This document shows positions 45,580 to 57,445 of a DNA stretch of 64,000 nucleotides, in pieces (the stretch's first letter is position 1; every line of letters begins with the position of its first letter). Source of the stretch: Octopus vulgaris (Eukaryota); assembly GCA_951406725.2 (NCBI GenBank), contig OX597819.1, forward strand, positions 12,586,001 through 12,650,000, in the 5' to 3' direction. The translations under genes were made by a program, and so were the position numbers. Under the pieces are notes generated by a model. The model had not been told where the DNA came from and did no database searches. It saw nothing but the letters and a program-made list of their open reading frames with translations.

Positions 45580-46260
45580 ATCATCATCATCATTGTTTAA
45601 CGTCCGCTTTCCATGCTAGCATGGGTTGGACGGTTCAACTGGGGTCTGGGAAGCCCGAAGGCTACACTAGGCCAGTCAGATCTGGCAGTGTTTCTACAGC
45701 TGGATGCCCTTCCTAACGCCAACAACTCCGTGAGTGTAGTGGGTGCTTTTTATGTGCCACCGACACAGGTGCCAGACGAGGCTGGCGAACGGCCACGCTC
45801 GGATGGTGTTTTTTATGTGCCATCGACACAGGTGCCAGACGAGGCTGGCGAACGGTCACGCTCGGATGGTGTTTTTGTGCCACCGACACAGGTGCCAGAC
45901 CAGGCTGGCGAACGGCCACGCTCGGATGGTGTTTTTGTGCCACCGACACAGGTGCCAGACGAGGCTGGCGAACGGCCACGCTCGGATGGTGTTTTTTTGT
46001 GCCACCGACACAGGTGCCAGACGAGGCTGGCGAACGACCACGCTCAGATGGTGTTTTTTATGTGCCATCGACACAGGTGCCAGACGAGGCTGGCGAACGG
46101 CTACGCTCGGATGGTGTTTTTTACGTGCCATCGACACAGGTGCCAGACGAGGCTGGCGAACGGCCACGCTCGGATGGTGTTTGTTACGTCGCACCGGCAC
46201 GGAGGCCAGGCGAGGCTGGCACGGCCACGATCGGATGGTGTTTGTTACGTGCCACCAGCA
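45580..46260 (-). mobile_element. Young family C element with 7-8 tandem 60-63-bp units
   Basis: Unit gtgccaccgacacaggtgccagacgaggctggcgaacggccacgctcggatggtgttttt starting near 45754, 45817, 45877, 45937, 45999, 46062 and 46125. Confidence 0.88.
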
Positions 46261-46539
46261 CACTGGATATATTTTACATTGACCAAGTTTTCGACCGTAT
46301 CTTCCAGAGAAACCTGTTTGCAAAATTGTCTATAAGCTGCGCCTCCGGCCCCTCATCTCTTGGACGGATCCCCTATGAGAACAATCCATTGTAGCATGGT
46401 TCGTGTATGTCCTCCGTACAAGACCATTCCATACATTTTTGCTGCTGTTTTCATTTTTTATCAGAGATTTGCTCGATCAGGTTTGACCGTGGACAACAAC
46501 GAGACATTATATAATGTACTGCGAGATACACGTAATAGT

Positions 46540-47195
46540 AATAATAATCTTTCCTACTTTAGGTGCAAGTGGGGTGGGTGGGGTGAAAGGAATTAGTCGA
46601 TTACATCGACCCCAACTCTCAGCTGGTACATATTTCATTGACGCCGAAAGGACGAAAAGCAAAGTCGACTTCTGCGGGATTTGAACTCAGAACATAACGA
46701 ACCAGTCGAAATGCTTTGTTCGCCGCCTTGTAATAGTTTCAAATTTCGGCACAAGGCCAGCAATTTTAGGGGAGGAGATAAATCGATGACATCATTCTTC
46801 GTACTTGATTGGTTCTTCATGAATCCCCGAAAGAATGAAAAGTGAAGTCAACCTGGCTGGAATAATGACAATGATTTCAAATTTTGGCACAAGGCCAGCA
46901 AGTTCGGGGGAGGGGAGAAGCATTGTGTCCGGAGTGTTAACAATTCTACCAGCTCGCCACCTAAATAATAATAATAATAATCATTTCTACTAAAGGCACG
47001 AGGCCTGAAATTTTGGGTGAGAGGATGAGTTGATTACATCGACACCAGTGCTTAACTGCTACTTATTTTATCGACCCCGAAAGGATGAAAGGCAATGTCG
47101 ACCTCGACGGAATTTGAACTCAGAACCTGAAGATGGACGAAATGCCGCTAAGCATTTCGTCCGGTGTGCTAACGATTCTGCCAGTTCGCCACCTT
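46540..47195 (-). mobile_element. Cluster of family D SINE copies
   Basis: Repeated cgaccccgaaaggatgaaaggcaaagtcgac..gaatttgaactcagaac. Confidence 0.78.
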
Positions 47196-47494
47196 AATAA
47201 TAAATGATTATAATAAACGATCTAGTCACTACTAGAAAGACGGTCTGCTGGATCATAAGGCTTACCCGGGATTAAGCAACTTTCTTACGTACCCCAAACA
47301 CCTTTTGTTAGACTTTATTGAGTAGAAACGACCCAGTCTCTTTCCACTGCATAGAGCCACAATTGTTATCAAAGATCGGTCTTGATTCTTTCTTCCTTAT
47401 GAATGAACACCTTTTAGAATTAAACTAGTCCAAGTACCTACAAATTTCTGATATTCTGTGTGTGTGTGTGATCTAAGATCGTGTGCTGGAACGA

Positions 47495-47775
47495 AAACAA
47501 TTGCAGCGTGGAAGGTGTTTATAAGCCAATTAAGAAACACACAAAATCCGTTAGATCCACTTCAACATTTAAATTTAATTTGTCAAAATATTTTCGTCGC
47601 TTTGAGACCGCGATCTGTTCACTGAGATGCAGCACGGATTTTTGTTAGTGAACAGATCGCGGTCTCAAAGCGACGAAAATATTTTGACAAATTAAATTTA
47701 AATGTTGAAGTGGATCTAACGGATTTTATGTGTTTCTTAAATGGCTTATAAATACCTTCCACGCTGCAATTGTTT
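47495..47775. repeat. Long inverted repeat (~131-bp arms, 19-nt spacer), Penelope-like fold-back
   Basis: Arms 47495-47625 and 47645-47775 are near-perfect reverse complements; flanked by (TG)n and (TA)n. Confidence 0.92.
47641..47691 (+). ncRNA. Minimal type I hammerhead ribozyme variant with G3-C8 core
   Basis: tttgtta-GTGAACA-gatcgc-ggtctcaaa-gcgac-GAAA-atat-T-T-tgacaaa: 7-bp stem I, stem II, palindromic AATATT stem III. Confidence 0.6.
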
Positions 47776-47829
47776 ATATATATATAACATTGATAAAATT
47801 ACATTCCAAATGCTAGGCGGCATTCTCTC

Positions 47830-48300
47830 TAGGGCCAGAAAATATTGATCAGCCCTTGTCTGTTGTCGATCCTCCGCAACATGGAAGTAAGATCATAATG
47901 GAGTATTGCTGACATACCTGGGACTGGCTGATGTTACTAAACTCTTTATCGCCTAAAAGAAAGGCGTTTTGTTGTTTGGTAAATACTCCCTCGCCAATAT
48001 GCCAAAATTGAAGATTTAAGAAAACCATATCACTTCTGTCATCCAAAACAAAGGACTCAGACTGCTTGACCACATTAAGCGAATGGTTTGTGGCATCAAC
48101 AAGATCTGTTTGGAAGACAGAAGTGATGGAAAGAGACACAGACGGCCGGCGACCTAAGAGATGGAGAGATAACATCACAACATAGGTCTTGACATAGTTT
48201 CTCTGAATGCTTTTGCCACAAAGATTGAATGCTTTAGAAGCAACTCTCATGTTGGTGCGCATTCTGCCGCAGGCGGAGATAGCGGGAAATGATGAACATA
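47830..48300 (+). mobile_element. Degenerate RTE-like LINE 3' ORF remnant
   Basis: LRLLDHIKRMVCGINKICLEDRSDGKR..RPKRWRDNI, across frameshifts. Confidence 0.5.
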
Positions 48301-48778
48301 TTAGAACCACTAGTCACAGGACCCTCCCTCCTTTGTTCGTTCTACTGTAACGATCTCTGATGCTCAGAAGCAGCAACCTGCACATCACCTCTCTCCAAGT
48401 TCAGCACTTGCACTTAACTCTCTTCTTTTGTTCATCATCTTTGCTGGGTATCACCTTCCTGCTCCATGTTGCAACCTTCCTCTGGGTCTCTCTACCTGTC
48501 CATAGTCGACGACCCACCATAGGAGTAGATCATTGATCCATTTCGCCAGTGTGTGAGGGCCTAAAGCAGGCCATGAGAAGAATTTGCCATCGCTCTTCCG
48601 TTTCCCTCTCTACAAAATATATAACGAAGGGAGATATAGTTTACAGCCCGTGTGTTTCTGCTGTCTCCCAACGAACTCCCTTTTCGATAATAATGGTTTC
48701 GGAAACAAGAACAAGGTTATCATCTTTGAGCGGGTATATATACACACATCATCTTTAGTATTTCAATATTGATCAACT

Positions 48779-49000
48779 AAGGCAGCGAGCTGGCAGAATC
48801 GTTAGCACGCCGGGCGAAATGCTTAGCGGCATTTCGTCTGTCATTACGTTCTGAGTTCAAATTCCACCGAGGCCGACTCTGCCTTTCATCCTTTCGGGGT
48901 CTATAAAATAAGTACCAGTTACGCTGAAGCACTAGGGTCGATATAATCGACTTACTCTTCCCCCCAGAAATTGCTGGCCTTATGCCAAAATTTAAAATCG
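48779..49000 (+). mobile_element. SINE family D
   Basis: aaggcagcgagctggcagaatcgttagc head, GAGTTCAAATTCC B-box. Confidence 0.82.
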
Positions 49001-49809
49001 ATATTATTTATATTGAAGAACCTGAACGTAGTTTCATTTTCCCGGGTTAGAGACTGCAAACTATCTTTCCCTGTCGCTCGCTCTACCGATTCTACCGACT
49101 CCTTACGACCACAGCTAAACCTCTATCCCTCCTCTTCAAGCATGTGAAATATAAACAAGAACTTTCATTGCCATACTGCGCAAGGTGTATGCACACTGTG
49201 TACACGTGTTTCTGCATATGCATAAATCGTTAAATCCACTATTGGTGCAACACCAAGTGTGTTTGTACATGTATGCTAATTGACAACAGAAGGCTTGTCA
49301 TGCATACATTAATATATTTTCATTCTTTGGTTGCGGTAGTTATGTAAATGTGTCGCAATTGTTTTACTATTTGTGTCTGTATTAAGATATGAGCGCCCAC
49401 TTAAGGAATATAGAAATCTATAAAGTGTTTTGAGGACGGTTCCGCTTGTCTTCTTGATGCTGCATGGTTAAAGCTTTTAGCTCACCACTTCCTGTTGTCG
49501 CTCCATAATAAATGTCAGGCATTGTGTTATATAAATAAGACTTAGCTTTATTTTCTTGTCTAATCGTTTTGGCCATCCTTTATATATCATTGCATCTATT
49601 TATATTAGGCGGCGAGCTAGCAGAATCGTTAATTCGTCGGGTAAAATGCTTAGCAGCATTTCTGCCAACCCTTTGCGTTCTGAGCTTAAATCCTGTTGAG
49701 GTTTTCTTTGCTTTCCGTTCTTTCTAAGTCGCTAAAATAAAAGTACCAGTCGAGTACTGGTACTCGACTGTAATTGACTAACCGCTTCGTAAAATTGCTG
49801 GCCTTCATT

Positions 49810-50065
49810 ATATATATATAATTTCGTTTTTGGATTTGGTTTGCAAGATTCTTTGTGAGTTCGTGTTTTGAAGCATATTCTGTTGTGTCTGGGGAGAGTC
49901 ATTTTCTTTTTGTGCCTTATAATTTAACACACTCACCGGTAAAATTTCCACTTATTTCTTATTTTTTATTTTATTTTAATTTTAATAAGAAATAAGTGGA
50001 AATTTTACCGGTGAGTGTGTTAAATAAGGCACAAAAAGAAAATGACTCTCCCCAGACACAACATA
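49810..50065. repeat. Asymmetric inverted repeat (~80-bp arms) between (TA)n tracts
   Basis: 49882-49963 is the reverse complement of 49984-50061; the left arm extends further. Confidence 0.85.
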
Positions 50066-51289
50066 TATATATATATATATATATACATACACACACACAC
50101 ACACGTGTGTGTACATATATCAAGTTGTGTGTTTTTACGGAGGCGTACAAATACGAAGATTTATTTGTGGGTGCGCAGTAGAACCACTTGGAATAGGTGA
50201 AACTTCTAAATCGAACTCTTACGGTCTTGTGGGTTCTTTTTATTATTGAAAAAGCCCAGAAGGTCCTGTGATACAAAGCCTGCGGTTGAAACAGTTTCTA
50301 GTCATATTTTTTTACGGATATTTAACTAGAGATACTTAGGGAGTGGTTGGTGTAGGTAGGTGTCGTACAAGAGTGTATGACACTATAATCCACTGATATA
50401 CATGTACGGCCCCTATGAGACGACTGCTATTTGATATGATTAATTAATCATAATATACGCATGCAATACATACACGTATAAAAAGAGAGAAAATACATTA
50501 TATATATATATATAAAGTAGTATAGGTTTTGTGTGAATATTTTATAGTGTAAATATATATGGGGAATTCCTTGACTTCGTTGTTTTTTTTTTTTTTTTAC
50601 GTAGAGATCAGTCAATTATTGGTCTCTAATAGTGACTTATTTCCAGTTTCACAAACCATTGTTTCCCCCGCTTTTACACTCGACGAATCATCGGCAAAGA
50701 AACCGCTACACCAGTCGTAGGTAAACTCTGGTCCTCGGCAAACGAAAAATTACCTTGAATTTTATTTTAGTTGTGCGGCTTGCTTTCCGAAAAAGGCTGC
50801 CTTAATCTGCTCAACACAGTCGTCCAGACAACTAAAAATAGCAGCCAAATCTCTCCCAAATCACACAAATCGCAGTGGGATTGAACCCGGAACCATGTGG
50901 TTGGTAAGCATCCTACTTACCACACAGCCACTCCTGCGCCTAACAACTAATGTGAAAGACTCTGCCTAAATCATCATATATTTTATTGTTATGCAAAAGT
51001 GTTAAAAATGTATTCTCCGTGTCCTCTTAGAGTGGTTATCGTTGTTGTTTAACCACAGGCCATAGGTGCGGCCTAAGTATAGTTATGATCCGTTTCAGTC
51101 GTAAGAATTTACACGCACATGCTAATGCGATCGTATAAACGCAGGCAAACACGCCCACATTTGCGTACAAACTCATGCACACCCCCCCACACATGCTAAA
51201 CAAAGAGTCGGCCTAATTGTCAATACTGATCCCTGCTGGTAGCGGGGATCCATGTGGCTAACCAGGCGGGGCGGGGGTTGAGCATATAC

Positions 51290-51500
51290 TCTCTTTTTAC
51301 TCTTTTACTTGTTTCAGTCATTTGACTGCGGCCATGCTGGAGCACCACCTTTAGTCGAGCAAATCGACCCCGGGACTTATTCTTTGTAAGCACAGTACTT
51401 ATTCTATCGGTCTCTTTTGCCGAACCGCTAAGTGACGGGGACGTAAACACACCAGCATCGGTTGTCAAGCAATGCTAGGGGGACAAACACAGACACACAA

Positions 51501-51533
<33 letters not shown>

Positions 51534-51703
51534 CATATATACGACAGGCTTCTTTCAGTTTCCGTCTACCAAATCCACTCACAAGGCATTGGTCGGCCCG
51601 AGGCTATAGCAGAAGACACTTGCCCAAGGTGCCACGCAGTGGGACTGAACCCGGAACCATGTGGTTGGTAAGCAAGCTACTTACCACACAGCCACTCCTG
51701 CGC
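51290..51703 (-). mobile_element. SINE family B
   Basis: Near full-length copy. Confidence 0.9.
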
Positions 51704-51811
51704 TGAAAGGGCACTGAAATTATTTGCAGACTGAATCTAGATGAGTATGGCTAATTTAAGGCTAAAAACCACTAATTTCCAACCAAACATCAATGCAATA
51801 TCAATTAATAT

Positions 51812-52135
51812 GTGAAGGCGCATGGCTCAGTGGTTAGAGCGTCGAGCTTACGATCGTGAGGTTGTGAGTTCGAATCCCCGACTGGGCTGCGTGTTGTGTT
51901 CTTGAGCAAGACACTTTATTTCACGTTGTTCCAGTTCACTCAGCTGTAGAAATTAGTTGCGACGTCACTGGTGCCAAGCCGTATCGGGCCCCTTTGCCTT
52001 TCCCTTGGATAACATCAGTGGTGTGGAGAGGAGAGGCTGGTATGCATGGGTGTCTGCTGGTCTTTCATAAACAACCTTGCACAGACTTGTACTTGGGAGG
52101 ATAACTTTCTAGGTCAGTCATGACGAAAGGGGGTC
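51812..52135 (+). mobile_element. Additional tRNA-derived SINE family
   Basis: A-box TGGCTCAGTGG, B-box GAGTTCGAATCC, then gtgttcttgagcaagacact CORE-like segment; no tRNA acceptor stem. Confidence 0.75.
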
Positions 52136-52175
52136 TCAGCATCAATTAGCATTCACCAAACACATTTCACATTAA

Positions 52176-52560
52176 GTGGAGGCGCAATGGCCCAGTGGTT
52201 AGGGCAGCGGACTCGCGGTCATAGGATCGTGGTTTCGATTCCCAGACCGGGCGTTGTGAGTGTTTATTGAGCGAAAACACCTAAAAGCTCCACGAGGCTC
52301 CGGCAGGGGATGGTGGTGATCCTTGCTGTACTCTTTCACCACAACTTTCTCTCACTCCTGACTTCCTGTTTCTGTTGTACCTGTATTTCAAAGGGCCGGC
52401 CTTGTCACTCTCTGTGTCACGCTGAATATCCCCGAGAACTACGTTAAGGGTACACGTGTCTGTGGAGTGCTCAGCCACTTACACGTTAATTTCACGAGCA
52501 GGCTGTTCCGTTGATTCGGATCAACCGGAACCCTCGTCGTTGTAACCGACGGAGTGCTTC
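52176..52560 (+). mobile_element. SINE family A
   Basis: Full-length copy. Confidence 0.9.
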
Positions 52561-53227
52561 CCCCACATAGATTGCACGTGTACACTCGTACACATAAATT
52601 CATACATGCCTAGATACATATTCGCATACGTAAATTTGTGTGCGCACCCACATGCACACTATAACGCATACGAGTAGCATCTCACATACTAATGAATGAA
52701 TTGTAGGTTTTACAATTGACGTTCCTATTTTTTTATGCAAATAATAATTTTATGCAACTTTCTAGATTTCCATACCAGCATTTATTTACCTCATTATTTC
52801 CTTTTAATTATTGCTATTAACAATAAGCAGGAGCTAATTTTTTCAATTCTTCAGTTTTATTTATGCACGTTTGCCTTTTTTTCTCTCTGTCTATGAATGA
52901 CAATTGTGTAAAGAGCGAAACAGCCTATAATATACATGAATGTCATTTATTATCCATAAGAACAGATAGGATAAATGCTTGACTAATGAGCTCCATGTCG
53001 GCATTTGGCCAACATTTGTCATTGCTCTTGGCCTGTTTGTAGTCGTGATTTCTACGATAAGTTCACAGCCCCATTGTTATTAAGACGGACAAAATTTATT
53101 TAACTCAATTGCTATTTTGTTTTTTTCACCAGTATTAAATACTTTTATCATTCCTGTAGAGTGGAATGATAAATGAGATGTTGGCGAGATTTGAACTTCG
53201 AAAATTTCATGTATTAAAGATTTTTTT

Positions 53228-53630
53228 GGATCTTTTCCGTTTGACCAGCAGTTTTTTAAAATAATTTCCACGTAACTAAACACTTTTAAATTTCGTATAC
53301 TGGTAGAATGTGTTTATAAAACATCTTTTTCTCTTGGCTTTATTGAGAAAATTCTATAGTTTGTAAGATATTTATTGTTTTTTTTCTTCAATTTCTGCAA
53401 TTTCAACCAATCAATGACGTCTATTAAGGTGAAAACATTCTGTGCCGTATGAATATGTCCCTCGTTTAAGAAACAGATTGGGTTTATTTACGTTTCTGAA
53501 GAAAAAAAGATACCTAACCCTAACCCTAAAACAGATTGAAATGCAATAGATCGATACTAGGGTCATAATTATGGGTGACAATTTCATATGACACCACTAG
53601 AAAAAACTGCCGTCCAAACCGAAAAGATCC
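53228..53630. mobile_element. MITE with ~28-bp TIRs and internal (CCCTAA)n
   Basis: ggatcttttccgtttgaccagcagttttt / aaaaactgccgtccaaaccgaaaagatcc; flanks gattttttt / aattttttt suggest a 9-bp TSD. Confidence 0.8.
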
Positions 53631-54001
53631 AATTTTTTTTTTTAATAAGAAAAATGAGTAATTTAATTAGTAAGCAAGCTTTGACAACAATCCCAACGAA
53701 AGAAATATAAATTAAACTGGATTTTTGTTAGATTCGAACATTTTCAACCAGAAACCCCTCTGTTCCCAGTTTACTTCATGTAACATCATCGCCGTTTTAA
53801 TGCTTGCATGGAAGATTGGAAATGAACAACACCGCTTATATGACGGTGACACTTCTTTACAACCATCACGTGATGTCAAAGCACATCCCTTCCCTAATCC
53901 ATCCATCCATACATACGATGTGTGTGTGTGTATGTATACACATACATACACACACGTCATCTTTATCATTGTTTAATGTCCATGTTACAACCATGATGAT
54001 A

Positions 54002-54361
54002 GTGGAGGCGCAATGGCCCAGTGGTTAGGGCAGCGGACTCGCGGTCGTAGGATCGGGCGTTGTGAGTGTTATTGAGTGAAAACACTTAAAGCTCCACGAG
54101 GCTCCGGCAGGGATGGTGGTGATCCCTGCTGTACTCTTTCACCACAACATTCTCTCACTCTTACTTCCTGTTTCTGTTGTGCCTGTATTTCAAAGGGCCA
54201 GCCTTGTCACTCTCTGTGTCACGCTGAATATCCCCGACAATTACGTTAAGGGTACACGTGTCTGTGGAGTGCTCAGCCACTTACACGTTAATTTCACGAG
54301 CAGGCTGTTCTGTTGATCGGATCAACCGGAACCCTCGTCGTCGTAACCGACGGAGTGCTTC
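54002..54361 (+). mobile_element. SINE family A (B-box deleted)
   Basis: Homology to 52176-52560 with an internal deletion. Confidence 0.88.
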
Positions 54362-54867
54362 CATCCATCCACAATCATGATGAGTGGCAGGAAACATTGG
54401 TAAGAGATGATGCATGTGCCCATGGTCCTTGACCCTCAGCAATGAGGATGGGAATAGGCAAAGCAGCACCAGTTCCATACCAGTCTGGGGCACTGTGTTC
54501 TGTTATTAGATAAGCTTTGTAACTATATAAAGATTTTTATGTCCGTCCTTTGTTTTTTTGCTAAACTAATATTTCATCTGTAAGATAATAATGATTTATA
54601 ATAATCTCTATAGTTTCAGATGACCATACAAGATATGCCTCTCATTACTTGTGTCTTGATAAGAGAGCTTCTATCATTATTTGTTATCTACATATATGCT
54701 GTGTAGAATTATACCATGTTTATATGTATGTATGTATGTCATTGTTCAGTTTTATTTCAAGATTTCTTGCCAATAGAGAAAGAGCCGGTTTCTAACCTAG
54801 ATATAAGGCTCCTTCATTGGAGTGTCAACATCAACAACAGGGTACTTTTGTTTACTCTTTTTTTTCT

Positions 54868-55071
54868 CTCTTTTACTTGTTTCAGTCATTTGACTGTGGC
54901 CATGCTGGAGCACCGCCTTTAGTCGAGCAAATCGACCCCGGGACTTATTCTTTTGTAAGCCCAGTACTTATTCTATCGGTCTCTTTTTTGCCGAACCGCT
55001 AAGTGACGGGGACGTAAACACACCAGCATCGGTTGTCAAGCAATGCTAGGGGGACAAACACAGACACACAA

Positions 55072-55120
<49 letters not shown>

Positions 55121-55291
55121 CATATATACGACAGGCTTCTTTCAGTTTCCGTCTACTAAATCCACTCACAAGGCATTGGTCGGCCCGGGGCTATAGCAGA
55201 AGACACTTGCCCAAGATGCCACGCAGTGGGACTGAACCCGGAAGCATGTGGTTGGTTAGCAAGCTACTTACCACACAGCCACTCCTGCGCC
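54868..55291 (-). mobile_element. SINE family B
   Basis: Near full-length copy. Confidence 0.9.
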
Positions 55292-55644
55292 TGCATGTAT
55301 GTATGTGTGTGTGTGTGTGTGTGTGTGCAGATTTGTATGTTTTGCTTTATGTATGTATTCTCATGCATATAGCTGCATATCTAGACATGCTCTTAGTCAT
55401 ATATATTTAAATGGCAAACTTCTGGAAAGTTTTACAGATTTTTACAGTTCCAGTGATGGATTGGATTTGTAGTCTTCGAATTAGCTTTCTCCTTTCTGGT
55501 TTTGTTTGTTTGTTTGTCTCTCTATCCACCAGTCACTACATTCACCCCTCTTGTTTTTCCATTCATTATATTCCTCCTCCCTTGCTCATTCCCCATCTCT
55601 AACCATCTCCCATTCTTTCATTATATATATATATATATATATTT

Positions 55645-55900
55645 TCCATGCCGGTGGCATGTAAAAAGCACCAACCAATCGTGGCTGTTGCCAGCCTCCT
55701 CTGGCCCCTGTGCTGGTGGCACATAGAAAGCACCCACTACACTCACGGAGTGGTTGGCGTTAGGAAGGGCATCCAGCTGTAGAAACTTAGCCAGATCAGA
55801 CTGGAGCCTGGTGCAACCTCCTGGCTTCCCAGACCCCGGTCGAACCGTCCAACCCATGCTAGCATGGAAAAATGGACGTTAAACAATGATGATGATGAGG
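55645..55900 (+). mobile_element. Family C element
   Basis: gttggcgttaggaagggcatccagctgtagaaac and (GAT)n tail. Confidence 0.8.
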
Positions 55901-56559
55901 ATGAATCCTGAATAATGTAATATTCTAATTTACAATCAATCTACATGAGATAGGCCATAACATTAAAGCGAGCTGACCATTTCACTTCAGTCACATCACT
56001 AATATCTTTGGGAAAGGCATGACCATCACACAGACCTGATTCCGCTTGTTTTACGAATCTGAAGTTTTGAGCTTTGTAAGAAATCAGTCCCCCATTGTTT
56101 CAGCTTTTATATTAGGGCTGTCCTGTTGCACCACTTCCAGGGGTTTCTGTTGATTATACTGTGATCAGCACTAAGAGATTGCTATTTATATTTTATCAGT
56201 TTATGAAAGGCTTTGTTAATGTTACATAGTCATTATAAGAAGTTTCTCGCTCCACTCCTCTTAAACCCTGTCGTATCATGTCTCTGGATGATGGAAACAA
56301 TTACTTGTTGTAAATTCTTCATATCTTTTACTGTCTCTCTTGATAATGGGCATTATTCTAATTGCCTGACATTTTATGCCTAATTCAGAAATTATCATCA
56401 TCGTCGTCGTCATAACCATCACCATCACAACCACCACATTCAAATTCCTCATCACTATAATGGTTGTTATCACTATCACCTTCATGATTCTCATTATTAT
56501 TATTGATTACCTGCTTATATTTATAATAATCATAATTGTGTGTGTGTGTATATATATAT

Positions 56560-56852
56560 CACGTGATCACGTGACCGACCAGACCATCAAATGTTGCTAC
56601 ACATTGCTGGTCACAATGCGTTCGCATTGTTTTAGCCTTCGAACGACGCCACCCCGCTGGCTAAGCGAGCAGGCCAACAGAAGAAAGAGTGGTGAATGAG
56701 TACAGCAGGGATCACCACTCCCTGCCGGAGCCTCGTGGAGCTTTTAGGTGTATTCGCTCAATAAACACACACAACACCCGGTCTGGGAATCGAAACCGCG
56801 ATCCTCCGACTGCGAGTCCACTGCTCTAACCACTGGGCCATTGCGCCTCCAC
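56560..56852 (-). mobile_element. SINE family A head with alternative tail, in (TA)n
   Basis: Sister of 6576-6870. Confidence 0.85.
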
Positions 56853-56891
<39 letters not shown>

Positions 56892-57142
56892 GCACATACA
56901 AATGTGTGTATTATCATCGTCATCATTGTTTAGCAGCCATTTACCATGCTAGCATGGGTTAGACAGTTTGACTGGAGCTGGTAAGCCAGAGAGCTGCACC
57001 AGGCTCCAGTTGTCTGTTTTGGTCTAGTTACCACGGCTAGATGCCCTTCCTAATGCCAACCACTCCACATTGAGCACTGTGTGCCCATTGCATGCCACTG
57101 GCGTGGATACCTTTTATGTGTCACCAGCACAGGTGCCTTTCA

Positions 57143-57445
57143 TTATACAATCTACCTTTCACTCTGAGGGAGAGGCCCTTTGTTTCTAACAATGGTAGAA
57201 GCTCTTTGACTTTACCCAACCCATTCATATTCTAGCAGCTATGCTCCTAGAGCACCTTCTTCCACTGCTGACTTGGTCACCTAGGTAACTATCAAGTATC
57301 CTGCTGGGCATTTAATGAAGTCTATATCCTGTTTTACAAACCTACCCCACACAAAGACTACTTTCTCTGTTAACCTTCCTCTGATACTGCTGCACCTCTT
57401 GCGTGTCTGTAGCTTGTACTGGGTACACCTTATGGAGTTTCTGCC
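57143..57445 (-). mobile_element. RTE LINE fragment
   Basis: Homologous to 22875-23220 (tacaatctacctttcactctgag...). Confidence 0.72.

Noticed and set aside
45754-46255. CRISPR-like periodic array
   Set aside because: Head-to-tail tandem units with no unique spacers, inside a eukaryotic retroelement
47849-48310. 153-aa minus-strand ORF as a host gene
   Set aside because: No recognisable domain; the opposite strand resembles a decayed RTE LINE tail
50647-50720. Possible AG/GT-bounded exon
   Set aside because: No recognisable peptide and no partner exons found
51812-51890. Functional tRNA gene (also 4707, 23435, 52176)
   Set aside because: A and B boxes are present but there is no acceptor stem, and the sequence continues into SINE bodies
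53513-53529. True telomere or fusion site
   Set aside because: Only about three units, and internal to a MITE
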